NCBI GenBank assembly: GCA_051362555.1
Contig: CM120641.1
Coordinates: forward strand, 41,174,401 to 41,238,400
Direction: 5' to 3'
Source: Lingula anatina
Taxonomy: Eukaryota; Animalia; Brachiopoda
Length of the DNA stretch: 64,000 nt
The translations under genes and the position numbers were made by a program. How positions within the stretch are numbered: position 1 is the stretch's first letter; the number at the start of each line of letters is the position of its first letter. The notes under the pieces are model-generated. The model saw only the letters and a list, made by a program, of their open reading frames with translations, made no database searches and had not been told where the DNA came from. Positions 1 to 11,600 of this stretch are shown piece by piece.

Positions 1-1112
1 GATTTTTAGCTCAATACATATACTTGACTCAATGCACATCCTGCCAAACACAGTGTCATTTTTGACAATGCAATTACAAATAGATTGTAATTTAATTATG
101 GTGAATCCATTTTCAGTTTTGGTCCTGTTTGAACAAGTAACAAATAAGTAGACAGTTTGGTATTTAAATCCAACTAAGAACACACATTCCTTTATATGTG
201 GTGAGAAAAAAATATACAGATAGATGAGACAAATTTTGGAATTAGAGTAAAATTGGCCGAACACCTTCACATATAAGGTGCAAATTAAAACAAACAAACA
301 AACAAACAAACAAAAAATAAATAAAATAAAAATAAATAAATTCCACAGAGTTGACACCTGCTGCTGGAAATGTTTAACTTGCGAAGGAAAACTGTTAATT
401 ATTTAGGCATAGATACTCACCAACTGGTAACGGGTTTTGTTCTATCAATTGAATTGCCTTGTAAGCCAATTTCTCGATTTAACAGAGTTTCTCTCAATCA
501 ATATTAGTCACCTAGCTCTGGCAATTCTACATTTACTTTCACGCTTTGGGAAAGAAAAAATGAATCTTCGAACCGCGGCAGCCAAAAGAAATTCCTAGGG
601 TATTCGGTTGGACTGAAAACAACACCATGATAATACATGTATAAATGTTTCGGAAACCTTTCGATGCTCCAAATATTTACACTTATTCAATGATGCGGAG
701 AATTTTTCTAATCATTGTGAAAATTGTATGGGATTAGAATCGAATGTGGCCCATCAGGAAATGGCACATTTTTATCTCCTTGAGGAATTTGCACTGAGTT
801 TAGCATCCATGGAGCAAAGTGCTTTCTACTTTTAACCAATTTCACAGCCAATGTAGCAATGCAAGCTGACATATTTATCAATACTTGATACAGCTTCTAC
901 GACCCAGAGTAACGTTTTTATCTGATACATTTGACACGCCATTTCAAGCAACATCGCGAGTATATAGTGTCCAGAGACCTCTAGTGGTAAAATATGCTGG
1001 GTGCAGGAGACAGTTCCCTATAGCAAAGACCAACAAAAATCCCTTACTAGAACTTGCCGTCTCCTCGCTGAGGACATGATATTTGGAGAATGAAGCAGAA
1101 AGTAAAGTCCTG

Positions 1113-1262
1113 GGCCCGTAACTCGAAAGCATCGCGCATTGCGACCGAGCGCAAGCGTCTCGATTCCATAACTCGCCCATACTCGCCCCATCCCAAATGG
1201 GGGTTACGGAATCGAGACTCTTGCGCTCGGTCGCAATGCGCGATGCTTTGAGTTACAGGGTC
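1113..1262. mobile_element. Hairpin MITE, PIF/Harbinger-like
   Basis: Inverted arms of about 60 bp (GGCCCGTAACTCGAAAGCATCGCGCATTGCGACCGAGCGCAAGCGTCTCGATTCC... / ...GGAATCGAGACTCTTGCGCTCGGTCGCAATGCGCGATGCTTTGAGTTACAGGGTC), flanked by CTG at 1110-1112 and 1263-1265. The superfamily is inferred from the 3-bp TSD and GGCCC terminus. Confidence 0.8.
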
Positions 1263-3365
1263 CTGGACATGGTTGTTGTGGATGATAATTCTCAGCGCCA
1301 CCTATATGTCGATACTTGGGTTGTGTACTCACCGGGGAGGTGAGGTCGATTCAGGATTAAACATATTCATAATGGCCAAGCGTAAAATTGTAAAATCCGG
1401 CTGATTTTGGTTATCTTGGATAACGTTTCATGTTTAGCATAGATTTTACCCATTCACAATGTTTCCAGCGAAATATTTTAATAAATCGTAACAACGAATC
1501 TAAACTCGACCAGAGTGAACACATGAATACCATTTAGTAAGTGTGAAGAAACTTTCGTAACCAGCGGTTTTTAAGAATTGTATAAAATGCATTAAGATTA
1601 AGGTTTAGTTAATGCACAGTTACATAGAGATGGTTCAGTAGAAACACATGTAATATGTTAGCACTACAGACTGCCAGCCCTAATACAAAATACATATACA
1701 AGTGATATTCATTAAAATATCCATCAAATACAACTAGCAGTAATACTTAAAACCCGCAATAACAGAAGCTTTTAAAGTCATAATAACTCTTCATTTTGGC
1801 CAAAAATTGGATTTTCCTGGAGTAAACGGCAATTTTCCCGTACTTACCAATGGTCAGCGACCCCATTCCTGCATTCAAAGTTAATCCAGGGTTTTTTTCC
1901 TAAACGTACGGTTTTTTGTTAAAATCTCTTAAGAGATTTTAACTGACGGAGCTCTCTCTGACATCGCATAGTCACTGTTGACCTACTTAAAACCGCGGGA
2001 AAAGCAGACAACAACAACACTATATAAGATTCATGAGATATATTCGTCTTTTTGTTAAAAATACATTAATATCCACAATGTGTGCCGTTCTGGGCTTTTC
2101 GTTATCCGACGCACTGTACAAAAACTCGCAACTTACGTCTGCGGCCGCATTAATGCGTTTGGCGCCATATGTTATTTTGGTCTCGAATGAACGCGAGAAT
2201 CCGCGTGACACCATTACGTCATTAGCAACGAATGCCTTGATGAAAGCATCGAAAGCCCTATTGACAAGCACAGATTTTAGTTTTACTACAATAACGGCCG
2301 TTTTAGTGGTAAAATACAATAGAATATATTTCCATGCGTTGTTTACAATGTATTTCATGCGGAATTTTGAATCTCAAAGGAAGAGTTATTATTGCTTTAA
2401 TTGAGTGGTAAAATTCGCTTTGACTTTTTTTGCAATACTTTTGTTAGGTCAGTCTAAGAGAAATGTGCAGCTGACACTGGTCTCCAGGCGAACATGAAAA
2501 GTCATGATCAAAGTATATTTTATAGTCACCTGTCTTACCATGCAAATTTGGCATTGAAATTGACATGCAACAAGTAAGAATAAAATGAGCCATTCCTCAC
2601 AAAAATGGTTGCCTTGAATTGTCTTGTGAAGCAAATTTCTCTACACGACAGTCTGTCAGTCCAAGATAATAACCTAGTCTAGTTCCAGCTATTCTGCACT
2701 TATCTCAAACGTTAAGGAACGAAAATCCGAAGCTATGAAGCGCGGCAGTCAAAGTAGATTCCATGGATATTAAGTGATTCAGACATAATCGGATGTGTAC
2801 AATGTTTCAGATGTTCTAAACTCTGGTCGTATCTAACACAGTTGCAATGTCTGTTGTTAAGAAACTGGGGATCCGTGCAACGGATAGTTATCCATCCTAC
2901 ATTAGATTCATACAGGTTAAGGTTAGCGTGACGTAAGTGGGCCAGCATCTAGGACGGGACTTACTTACACAAGTCAATGGGACCCATACATGATATTATA
3001 TGAATGTCCACGATACTGGGTAACAGCAGTGGGTGATCATCTTTGAAAGTCAACAACAAACAATGTTATGTTTCCAAACATTGCTGTTTATTTTAAACTT
3101 TTTTAATTCTTAGCCGAAAATGACACTAAAACAGCGCTTTAATCTGGGACACAGACATACCAGTCCATTTTGCAGCTTTACATTTTGGAAAAGAAAGCTC
3201 TCAGAATAGTATTTTCATGTTTTTTTTGGTCATCCCAGGGATCATTTACGGCACACACACTAGAGAAAAACAAAAATTGCTCTTCGTCGCAAATCTTGAT
3301 GGGTGAGGAAAACGGGTTGTTGTGCGTAACTATTGTTTCAGCTTTCAACATTCAGTACAAAATAT

Positions 3366-3377
3366 TATATATATATA

Positions 3378-3408
<31 letters not shown>
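3366..3408. repeat. (TA)n microsatellite next to the calexcitin acceptor
   Basis: TA dinucleotide run with one TGTG interruption. Confidence 0.9.
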
Positions 3409-3417
3409 GTTTTCCAG

Positions 3418-4940
3418 GATAAGAAGGTATCCACTGAGGAGTGGTATCTGATGTGGACTGAAAGCATCAAGGCGAGCAAGAACACCGGTGCACTCCCTGA
3501 CTGGGTCAACAGATACCGCGAGTTTATGTTCTATGTAAATGATACCTCAGGTAAGCAAGGGACTTTTATTTTACATAGTTGTGTTCAAGAATAATAACGA
3601 CGGCATTATAGGTGAACTTAAAGATTTTAAGAATAGATCAGTTTTAAACAAACTTATAAATTGATTTTTAAAAACACCTAGGGTCGTGCGTTTATTGGTA
3701 AGAGAACAAGTAGTTTTTTATTATTATTTGCCGTGTGGTGTTACAGGAACTGCATTCGAGAGAAGAAATGAGACGATATGTGAGATAAGAACGCGAGCAC
3801 TGTGGTCAATAGTTTCCGCTTTGTTGACTGCATTTCTGTGTCACCGGCTGCCAAGTAATCTCAGTAGACTCCCTTTAATATGTGCCAATCTTTAATAATA
3901 ATAATAATAATAATAATAACAACAATTATTATTATTATTATTATAGAATTTTGTAACTAAAAATTGGTTGCCTCTATTATAATACTAAAATATGCTTTAA
4001 TTCTAACAGAGAAACATACCTACATGTTTTCTTGTCTCAGTGGGTTTGTCAGTCTTGCATGCCTTCTTGACTTACCACCTTTCTAATCAGATACAGAAAG
4101 GGACACCTGCAGGTATAGTGACGTTGATTAGACACAAAAATGTAAATGAAAACGATGACTTGCGACTGACAAGTTGGAACGACTTTGTCGTCGGGATTAG
4201 CCAAAAGCTCTAGTAAATCTCGCTTATTGGAGGCCTTTTAGCATTTGGCACCCATCATTGGGATGCAGAAAACAACCCTGGTGTCGGGTGACGGTAAGGG
4301 ATACGGTATACCTTGGTGTTAAAGGGAAATTGTTGGGATTTTCGGGAAAATTATATTTCCTCCTTAAAGGTTTAACGTTCTTTAATTATGTGTCTTAGCG
4401 GGTCTTTCCGTTACTTTGCAGGTGACGACATCATTGACATGAACGAATACAAAACTGTATATAAATCGTATGGGATCACCGATGCTGACTGCGAGAGCGC
4501 CTTCAACAAGTTTTCTGAGGTAAGACGCATCATATATTATTGCGCCACGGTTATTGTCATTGAAATTTTAAATGGTATTATTTCTATGTTAAGTATTGAG
4601 CCAGTCTACGTGTTGCAACTGCTAGCGGTTTTATTCAACTTCCAATTTCAATATTAGAAAAATGTCATCATAATTTCCGTCAAGAAAAAAAGCGTACCCA
4701 AGGAATTTACCTTTGCTAACATAAGGCCATTCTAACAAATTCTAAACTGCAGTTTATATATATACATATACATACAGTAATAGTGTTTTCTCAAAATATT
4801 TATTCGTGCTTTTTTATCATCTTCAGAACCAAGCAGTGAAAATTACCAAAGATGAATTCGCTGAGCTGTTCATGGAATATTTCGTGTCAGACGACCCAAA
4901 TGCGAAGGGTAATGCCCTCTTTGGAAAGACCAATTTCTAG
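3418..4940 (+). CDS. Calexcitin / sarcoplasmic calcium-binding protein (EF-hand), 3' part; last 3 coding exons
   Basis: Exons 3418-3550 (CAG|...|GTAAGC), 4422-4519 (CAG|...|GTAAGA) and 4827-4940 (CAG|...TAG) join in frame: DKKVSTEEWYLMWTESIKASKNTGALPDWVNRYREFMFYVNDTSGDDIIDMNEYKTVYKSYGITDADCESAFNKFSENQAVKITKDEFAELFMEYFVSDDPNAKGNALFGKTNF*. The EF-hand loop DTSGDDIIDMNE and the C-terminal EYFVSDD..KGN.LFG are calexcitin hallmarks. N-terminal exons were not found in the window. Confidence 0.92.
3893..3945. repeat. (AAT)n followed by (ATT)n inverted microsatellite
   Basis: Directly visible; the two halves are complementary. Confidence 0.85.
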
Positions 4941-7900
4941 GGAATGTGTTTCAAAACCGAGGAACTTTTATTCGTTTTTACATTTTATCTGGGAGTATGT
5001 TGTAATATTGTGATAACGCCATGGTAGCAGCCTAAGTAATGCGGGAAGTTGAAAATTAAAGAGACGGCCATTCGAGTGTTCTTCGGGCTTCCCTCGCCTA
5101 CAGAGGTGGAGAAAAAGTCCCAGAAACACCGAAAAGGATAATGTGTCAACAGCGTTCGAACAGTAGCCGAGCAAGCATTTGATGTCACCAAAAGACGGTA
5201 TGGGTGACATCGACTGCCACGAAGATGGTCGAACTACTAGTAAAACAGTTTCGTGGAAAATGTGTCCTTTTGTATTTGTGCTATATAGTGAGCTTGGCTT
5301 ACTTGTAACAGTCTACAGTGCTGGCTGAAGAAACAATGCCCTAAAACTATAGATTGGGCTAAGACGCCACTTATGAATAAATTATATCGCAAGTAGATTA
5401 CAAAAATACATATACATGGTCTGGCAGGAAGAAAACATCCACAAAGCATGGTTTCCAGTACCGTTCTTAAATATTAGGCCCTCAATGTTCGCTGTTAGAA
5501 CAAATTGTTATTCGTTTAAAACAAGTAAAAACTATGATAACTGTGAACCCGCAATGGACTAGGTGATCGTGTAATCTAAAACAAGATGCTGGAATATTGT
5601 TTTACCACTAGTGCTTTAATATTATCTAAATCAAATTATACGTTTGCATTTGAATGTCTCACTGTTTGTGATTTAATTTAGAATGATATACAAATTCTTT
5701 TACAGCATTTCACGGAACATATGAATCTGTGAAAAATGATATTGACTATAGATTTTAATAGACAGAGATTAGGGAACCAACAGAATCAGTAATTTCACTT
5801 TTAGGATTATGAGAAAGGGTTTAGATGTTATAAGATAATTAAGATACTAACTTCAGCGATGTAAATAAGTGAAAGTGAGCGAGTCTATGGACCGTTTTTG
5901 TGGATGCTACTTGCGCACAACGCGGCATGAAATCGGCTTCTGAAATACTGCACAGAAAATCAACCAGAATTCCAAAACATTCTTTGGTGCCTTAATATAT
6001 CTCTGTAACTTTACTTTTGCATTTGCCGAGAATTGTTGGTCACATTGAACGATCACAACCAATATCTCAACTACCGCATTGCGCCATTGTTCGGTTCATG
6101 TAGTTAGTCGCTTACCACGAGTTTGTACAAATGGCTCACCCGATTTTTCCACATATTTGGTGTTTATTCAAAAATATAAAAATAATCTTTCGTTCAAGTT
6201 CGTCTTTTTACTGTCGAAATATATAAGCAAACCAATCGATAAAATTCTTTTTAAAAACTTGTGTAAGGCCTATGGCGAAATAAACGAAATACAAAATCAT
6301 TGTTTGATGACAGTTTATTGTTACAAAGAAGGGTAAAAATCCCATTTGTCTACATCTAATAATGATGATAATAATAATAAAACAAGTAATGCTCCTTAGG
6401 TAGAATAACATCCATGCTTTCAGTGCCCACAGCGCTCGGATCCCTTTGAATATGTACATCCCGGCGGCTTAATTTTACGTATATTTTAAATTTAATATTA
6501 TATCCCCGTAAATTATATATTCCACACTTCAGTCATTGTTAATAAAGTCGTAATTTCTTACATCTGAATTATATATATATACAGTCTCTATATTTGTGCA
6601 ATACAAATCCAACTAGTGAATTTTCTGTTCTAAGATGTCGGTGTGTGACACAACAAGTGCGATAGACCTGTCTATATACACAAAGTGGCGGAGCACTGTC
6701 AGACAATGAAAATATGGATGCTTTTTAACGATGGTAGAAACAGTTCCACCATCAGGACCCTGAGCAGACGATAGTCCACTCCTTGGCAAGATAGATACCC
6801 GCGCGCGGGCAAAGAGAAACGCTGCGTCACGCACGAGGACCGCCAGGTCTTGCTTCTACTCGAGTTGTGCTAAAACTTGACATCTGAGTATTTCTCTGCA
6901 CCAAAGGAAAATTCTTTAAACAGAACCAACTGCTGTTAACAAAAATCAAAATCTGTTGTCTTGATTATTTAACAGCTCTCTTCAAAAACATGCAGAGACC
7001 GTCAATCTTCTAAATGACCAGCACACTGACTACATGCCGTCGTATTCTACATCACACGCCTGAATATCCGAGTACAACCAACAGTATCTGTAATCAATCT
7101 TATAATAACAGTCATGATATATTCAAATTCATGAAGTAGTACGATGCATAGGAGAATGGCATATCAGAATACATTAAAACCAAGATTAACAACAACAAAA
7201 AATGCCCCAGACTAAAGGTTTGAGTAACCCTTGTAAGCCTTCTACTATGCAAATCAAAACCAACTTGATTAATAATAATAATACTATTTTACTCAAAGAA
7301 ACCATGACGTCAGTATCGTGATAATATTTTAACATTTGTGATTTCGTTGTTCATTGTCAGTTCATAGACACCCTGCGATTTTAAAACGGAGCAAGTCCGA
7401 CGCAACTATTGATTGTTTTTTTTCTGATCGCTCTACGTGTACGTTTTGTCCCAAGTTCATAACGAGATTGTCGTGGCAAAAGAAATTCTGTACATGCAAG
7501 TGCCATTTACAAGTAAAATTAAATGAAAAAATTCTCCATCATTAAAGAATCGTTAAATTTTGCATATTGCTTGATGTTATACGAACCACATATAATACTT
7601 CTGACAGGAATGGAATGTTTGTTTCTCTTCTGCATTTGCAAAATCACTCAATTTATTGTTCATGCTTCCTTTCCTTTAAAATAAAAAAACGAACGCTTTT
7701 CACTACCGCAATACACAATACAGACACTACACTTACGACAACATTGTTGTGGAACAATATGAAAAAAATCTTGCAAGTACTTAATAATAAAAAATTGTTC
7801 AAAATATTTGCCGTTCCTCCACAAAAGTGTTTGTTCGTTTGTAAGTATGTAAGATTTCTCACCACTCAGCTAATTAATAAATAAGCTGCTGAAACTGTAA

Positions 7901-8620
7901 AATACAAACAACAAAGAAAACAGTTTCTTCCGCTACATCATGGGAAATAATAAAATATAACACAGCAAAACAATTGATCTCTTGCTCTTTTTTAAAGCAA
8001 ATTTTGGGATCCACACTATAGAAAACATTCTGGCAAGAATATGGATTGTCAACAACATAACGTCTTGAGTATATCTGCGTAGTCATGCAAACGTAACGCC
8101 TCCTTGTCATGGGACATTGCTTCTTACTATACAACATTGTAAACAACTACTTAATACATAGACAATCTCAGAGGTCATTCATAATATACACCAAGAAATA
8201 TAACTCAGTAACAAAGCTGCAAAAGTATAGGTAAAAGATGGTGACTCCCCTTAGTCTATGGACGGAGCGTCGATATCTCTACCCGCCAGATAACAGCACA
8301 TCAAAAGACGACAGATATGTACCATTATAGAATTAGAATCTGATATGCTACAGTTCAAATATGAATGGACAAAAACTACACTACAGCTATAGATCTTAAG
8401 TGATTATGTTCTACCTTCACCATTAACCACTGTAGGAAGTTACACTTCCAGGCAAGGACTTGCTTGCCATACATCTGAACAATTACCATGATAATTCTCA
8501 TGATAGTAACACCAATAATAATGTTTATAATAATAATTATAATAATTTAACTATTCCAAGATTGAGAAATATTGTAGCTTATTATTGCTGTATTAATATC
8601 AGTTGTCATGGAAACCTGCA

Positions 8621-11600
8621 TCATTGCTGATACTCGTCTTCCGACCCTGGAGAAAGGGAGCCATTTTGGTTACCCTGTCAAAAGAACAAGGTCTACTTTT
8701 CATTAAGATGATCTCTTCGCATCCAAATCAAAAACAGATAATTGTACGATTTTCTAAATCATAAGAATGGATTCTAGATAAATTTCATTTTTGTGTTTTT
8801 TCTTTCTCTTGTTTTTTGCCAATTGAAAGTGAGGTAGATTTTCAGATTATTGTCTGCAGTTTTCCAAATGGCATTAAAATAACGAAAAGCAGAAAAAATG
8901 TTCGCGGATTCCCCTTAAAGGCACAAACATGCCTTAAAGAAAAAACCTTCAAAGACCCCTTTTGAGTCAGTAGAGGATTTTGATTTAGTACAGTAATAAA
9001 AAGCACCGTTTTCTCCATCTTTCTTTTTCATTAAAAATATATCTAACAATTGTGATTGCTTTGAATTTTTTTGTACTAGTACAGTCAAACTAGTATTGAA
9101 CATAAAAAGGACTTGGATGTCTTGCAGACAGGTGCTGGCCATCCTGCAAAACCTTCAGAGAGGGCTCATTGCTGTTGAGAAGATCTGAAATATGGCACCA
9201 ATGGAGATGCTTACTATCTTAAACATTATGGGCTCATTCACAATTTAACTATCACTCTATGTGGATCGATCCAACTCTGCAAAGATTCTTGCCTAATGCA
9301 ATCAGATTAACAGATTAACACACCTCCTCCCGGCATTGAGTAGAATACAGAAAAGCAGGTCGTTATACAAGAACATTGCAAACAGGAAAAGGCATGTTAA
9401 CCTGATTGCATTCAGCAAGAGTCCCCGCGAAGTTGGGTTGATATACGTAGAACAATGGTTTTCCTGGGAATGAGCCCTAAAACTCAATTTCAGTGTTATG
9501 AAGCACCTAGAAAGCTGCAGTGCACATTTCTTGCTCCCAAATGACTTATTTTCTCTAGAATCCATCTTAATATTTTTGTTAAGGAAATGATGTGTACATT
9601 GTTTGTCAAATCTACTTCCATCAAACAAAAACAAAAAAATACATGTTCACCAAATTTTTTGTGTCACTTTCATTACACACTAAAAAAGCTTTTCAGGTGA
9701 AGGTTTTTAAAAATTCATAAAATTGATGCTTACCACTCACCTCCCCCATCTTATTTCTTGCATATTCAATGCGAATGCCACCTCGCTCTGAGGAGAACAG
9801 TACTGCCCCCTGAAGGGCTGCCATGGCTCTTGTTGCCGTGGCAATATCCTGCAAGACAAGCCTTTCATTACTATTCGCACTTATGAAAAAAACTATTACT
9901 ACTATACAGAGCTGCTCACCTTTTTCTGAAGGTGGCACATTAATGCACAGTTACAAAATGGCAATTGGTACAAAGGAAGCAATCTCAGAGGGTTGGCTTC
10001 CTCTCACTTCCCACATTATTATGTTGGCTACAATTCCGCTAGCAATATTTCTTTTTTGTTTTTATCTTCACATATATGTGGAACTAGATTGATGTAATAA
10101 ACCCATCTCTTGTGCTGATAATGACTCACTGCTGGGATTAAAAAGAAAGCCTTGTCTCCTTGAGAGACATATGACCACCAGACGAGGAGAAATTTGAGCC
10201 AAAAAATTACTTTGTGAAAGACTATAAATATGGAGTTCCCAGGAATACATATCAACGTGTTTCTAAAATGCCTCATTAGCAGGCCTCATCACCAGGTGAT
10301 AATTCCTCTTCCTGTATCCAGAAATAATTATTAATAACGCCACATAAGGCTTCAGAGTAGATATCACAATGCTGTCTTGTGTTCAAGCAAAGATCAATTC
10401 TCTGGGTTCCGTAGCATATAAAACATGGCAGTGCCACATAACTTGAGCACCTTGCCAGTGAAGTGTCAGGAAAGAAAGGTGTGACCTGTGCTAGCTGTGG
10501 CATGTGGAAGTCAGCATCTCACCTCTACTGTCATATATCATACATCATCACACAGCACTGCAAAATCACACACATACACTCTCACAGATAGATTTCAAAG
10601 TGGAGAGCCTAGTTTACAGCTTCTATGGAACGTCAGAAACACACGATTTCCCCCTCTCTCCTTGTATTTGACTGTATCATTGAGATTATATTTGCCCCGT
10701 TCACTGTAGGCAGTTGACCTCCATGACACCAACTAGCCACACACACAACTGAGGTTATCACCAAAGGAAATGAAGTACCTTGGTCTGATTTATGTTTTTA
10801 TTAATTTTTGAAAAAGAAAAAAAGGGATTCTCTTTTGTGATGCAGACAAAAATTGTAACACTGGCTTTCATTCATGCACCAGGAAGGTTTTTTTTTCAGT
10901 TCTCCTTCATTTCCCAGTCAGGCAGCACACAGCAAAGTATCTTTTACTGCTATCTCAAATACTAAATTGGAAAGATTCAATTATTCAAAAAAGACTGGAA
11001 GAGCATTGTTCTCTTGCCAAAGAATGACCCCTTGCACTGACCTGATATTCAACAAATGCTACCGGAGAACCTCCTTTATTATGCATCCTTAGTCTACAGT
11101 AGCCATGGAAACTGGAATGAAAACAAAACTCTTTAGTCTACGAGCAAGTGAAAGCAGAACAGTCTCAATATACAGTTGTCAGGAAGACAGCAAGGAATAT
11201 TACCAATTTGTTATACATTATACAATATCATACATCTACAATAAAATGTAAAAATCTTTTAAGAAATTATATTTAACAAATTTGCATGTTTTTCATCTAA
11301 CTGGAATTACAGATCACATAAAAAAATTGTTTCTTGCCCAGCTTCTGTTAAAATTAAAATTACAGATCACATAAAAACAAAATCAATCTCCATACACTTT
11401 ACACAGTCACAACACTTACTTTTGAAATAATTCTTTCAGCTCCTGTTCTGAGCAGAATTGTCCGAGGTTAGCCACAAACAGTGTGGAACAAGGTGCGTTC
11501 GGGGAAGCATTCCCGTTACTGACGGGGCTCCCCAATACTGGGCTGGTAGCGAGATGAGGATGGGGTATTGCTGACGGAGTCATCACGTGGTGAGCCAGTA

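Noticed and set aside
2020-2404. Overlapping 123-aa (+) and 112-aa (-) ORFs
   Set aside because: No recognisable domain or splice context; more likely a repeat remnant, and I could not define convincing termini.
5181-5211. 9-bp stem-loop GATGTCACC/GGTGACATC in the calexcitin 3' UTR
   Set aside because: Short enough to arise by chance; it does not match SECIS, IRE or histone stem-loop patterns.
5760-6420. Possible DNA-transposon fragment between calexcitin and cpo
   Set aside because: Composition looks repeat-like, but no TIR, TSD or transposase frame was found.
8918-8924. miR-124 seed match (GTGCCTT on the transcript)
   Set aside because: A single 7-mer is expected by chance without conservation data.
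10480-10570. Poison or terminal exon inside the RRM2 intron (GATTTTGCAG|TGCTGTGTG...)
   Set aside because: The acceptor is plausible but there is no strong donor or other support.
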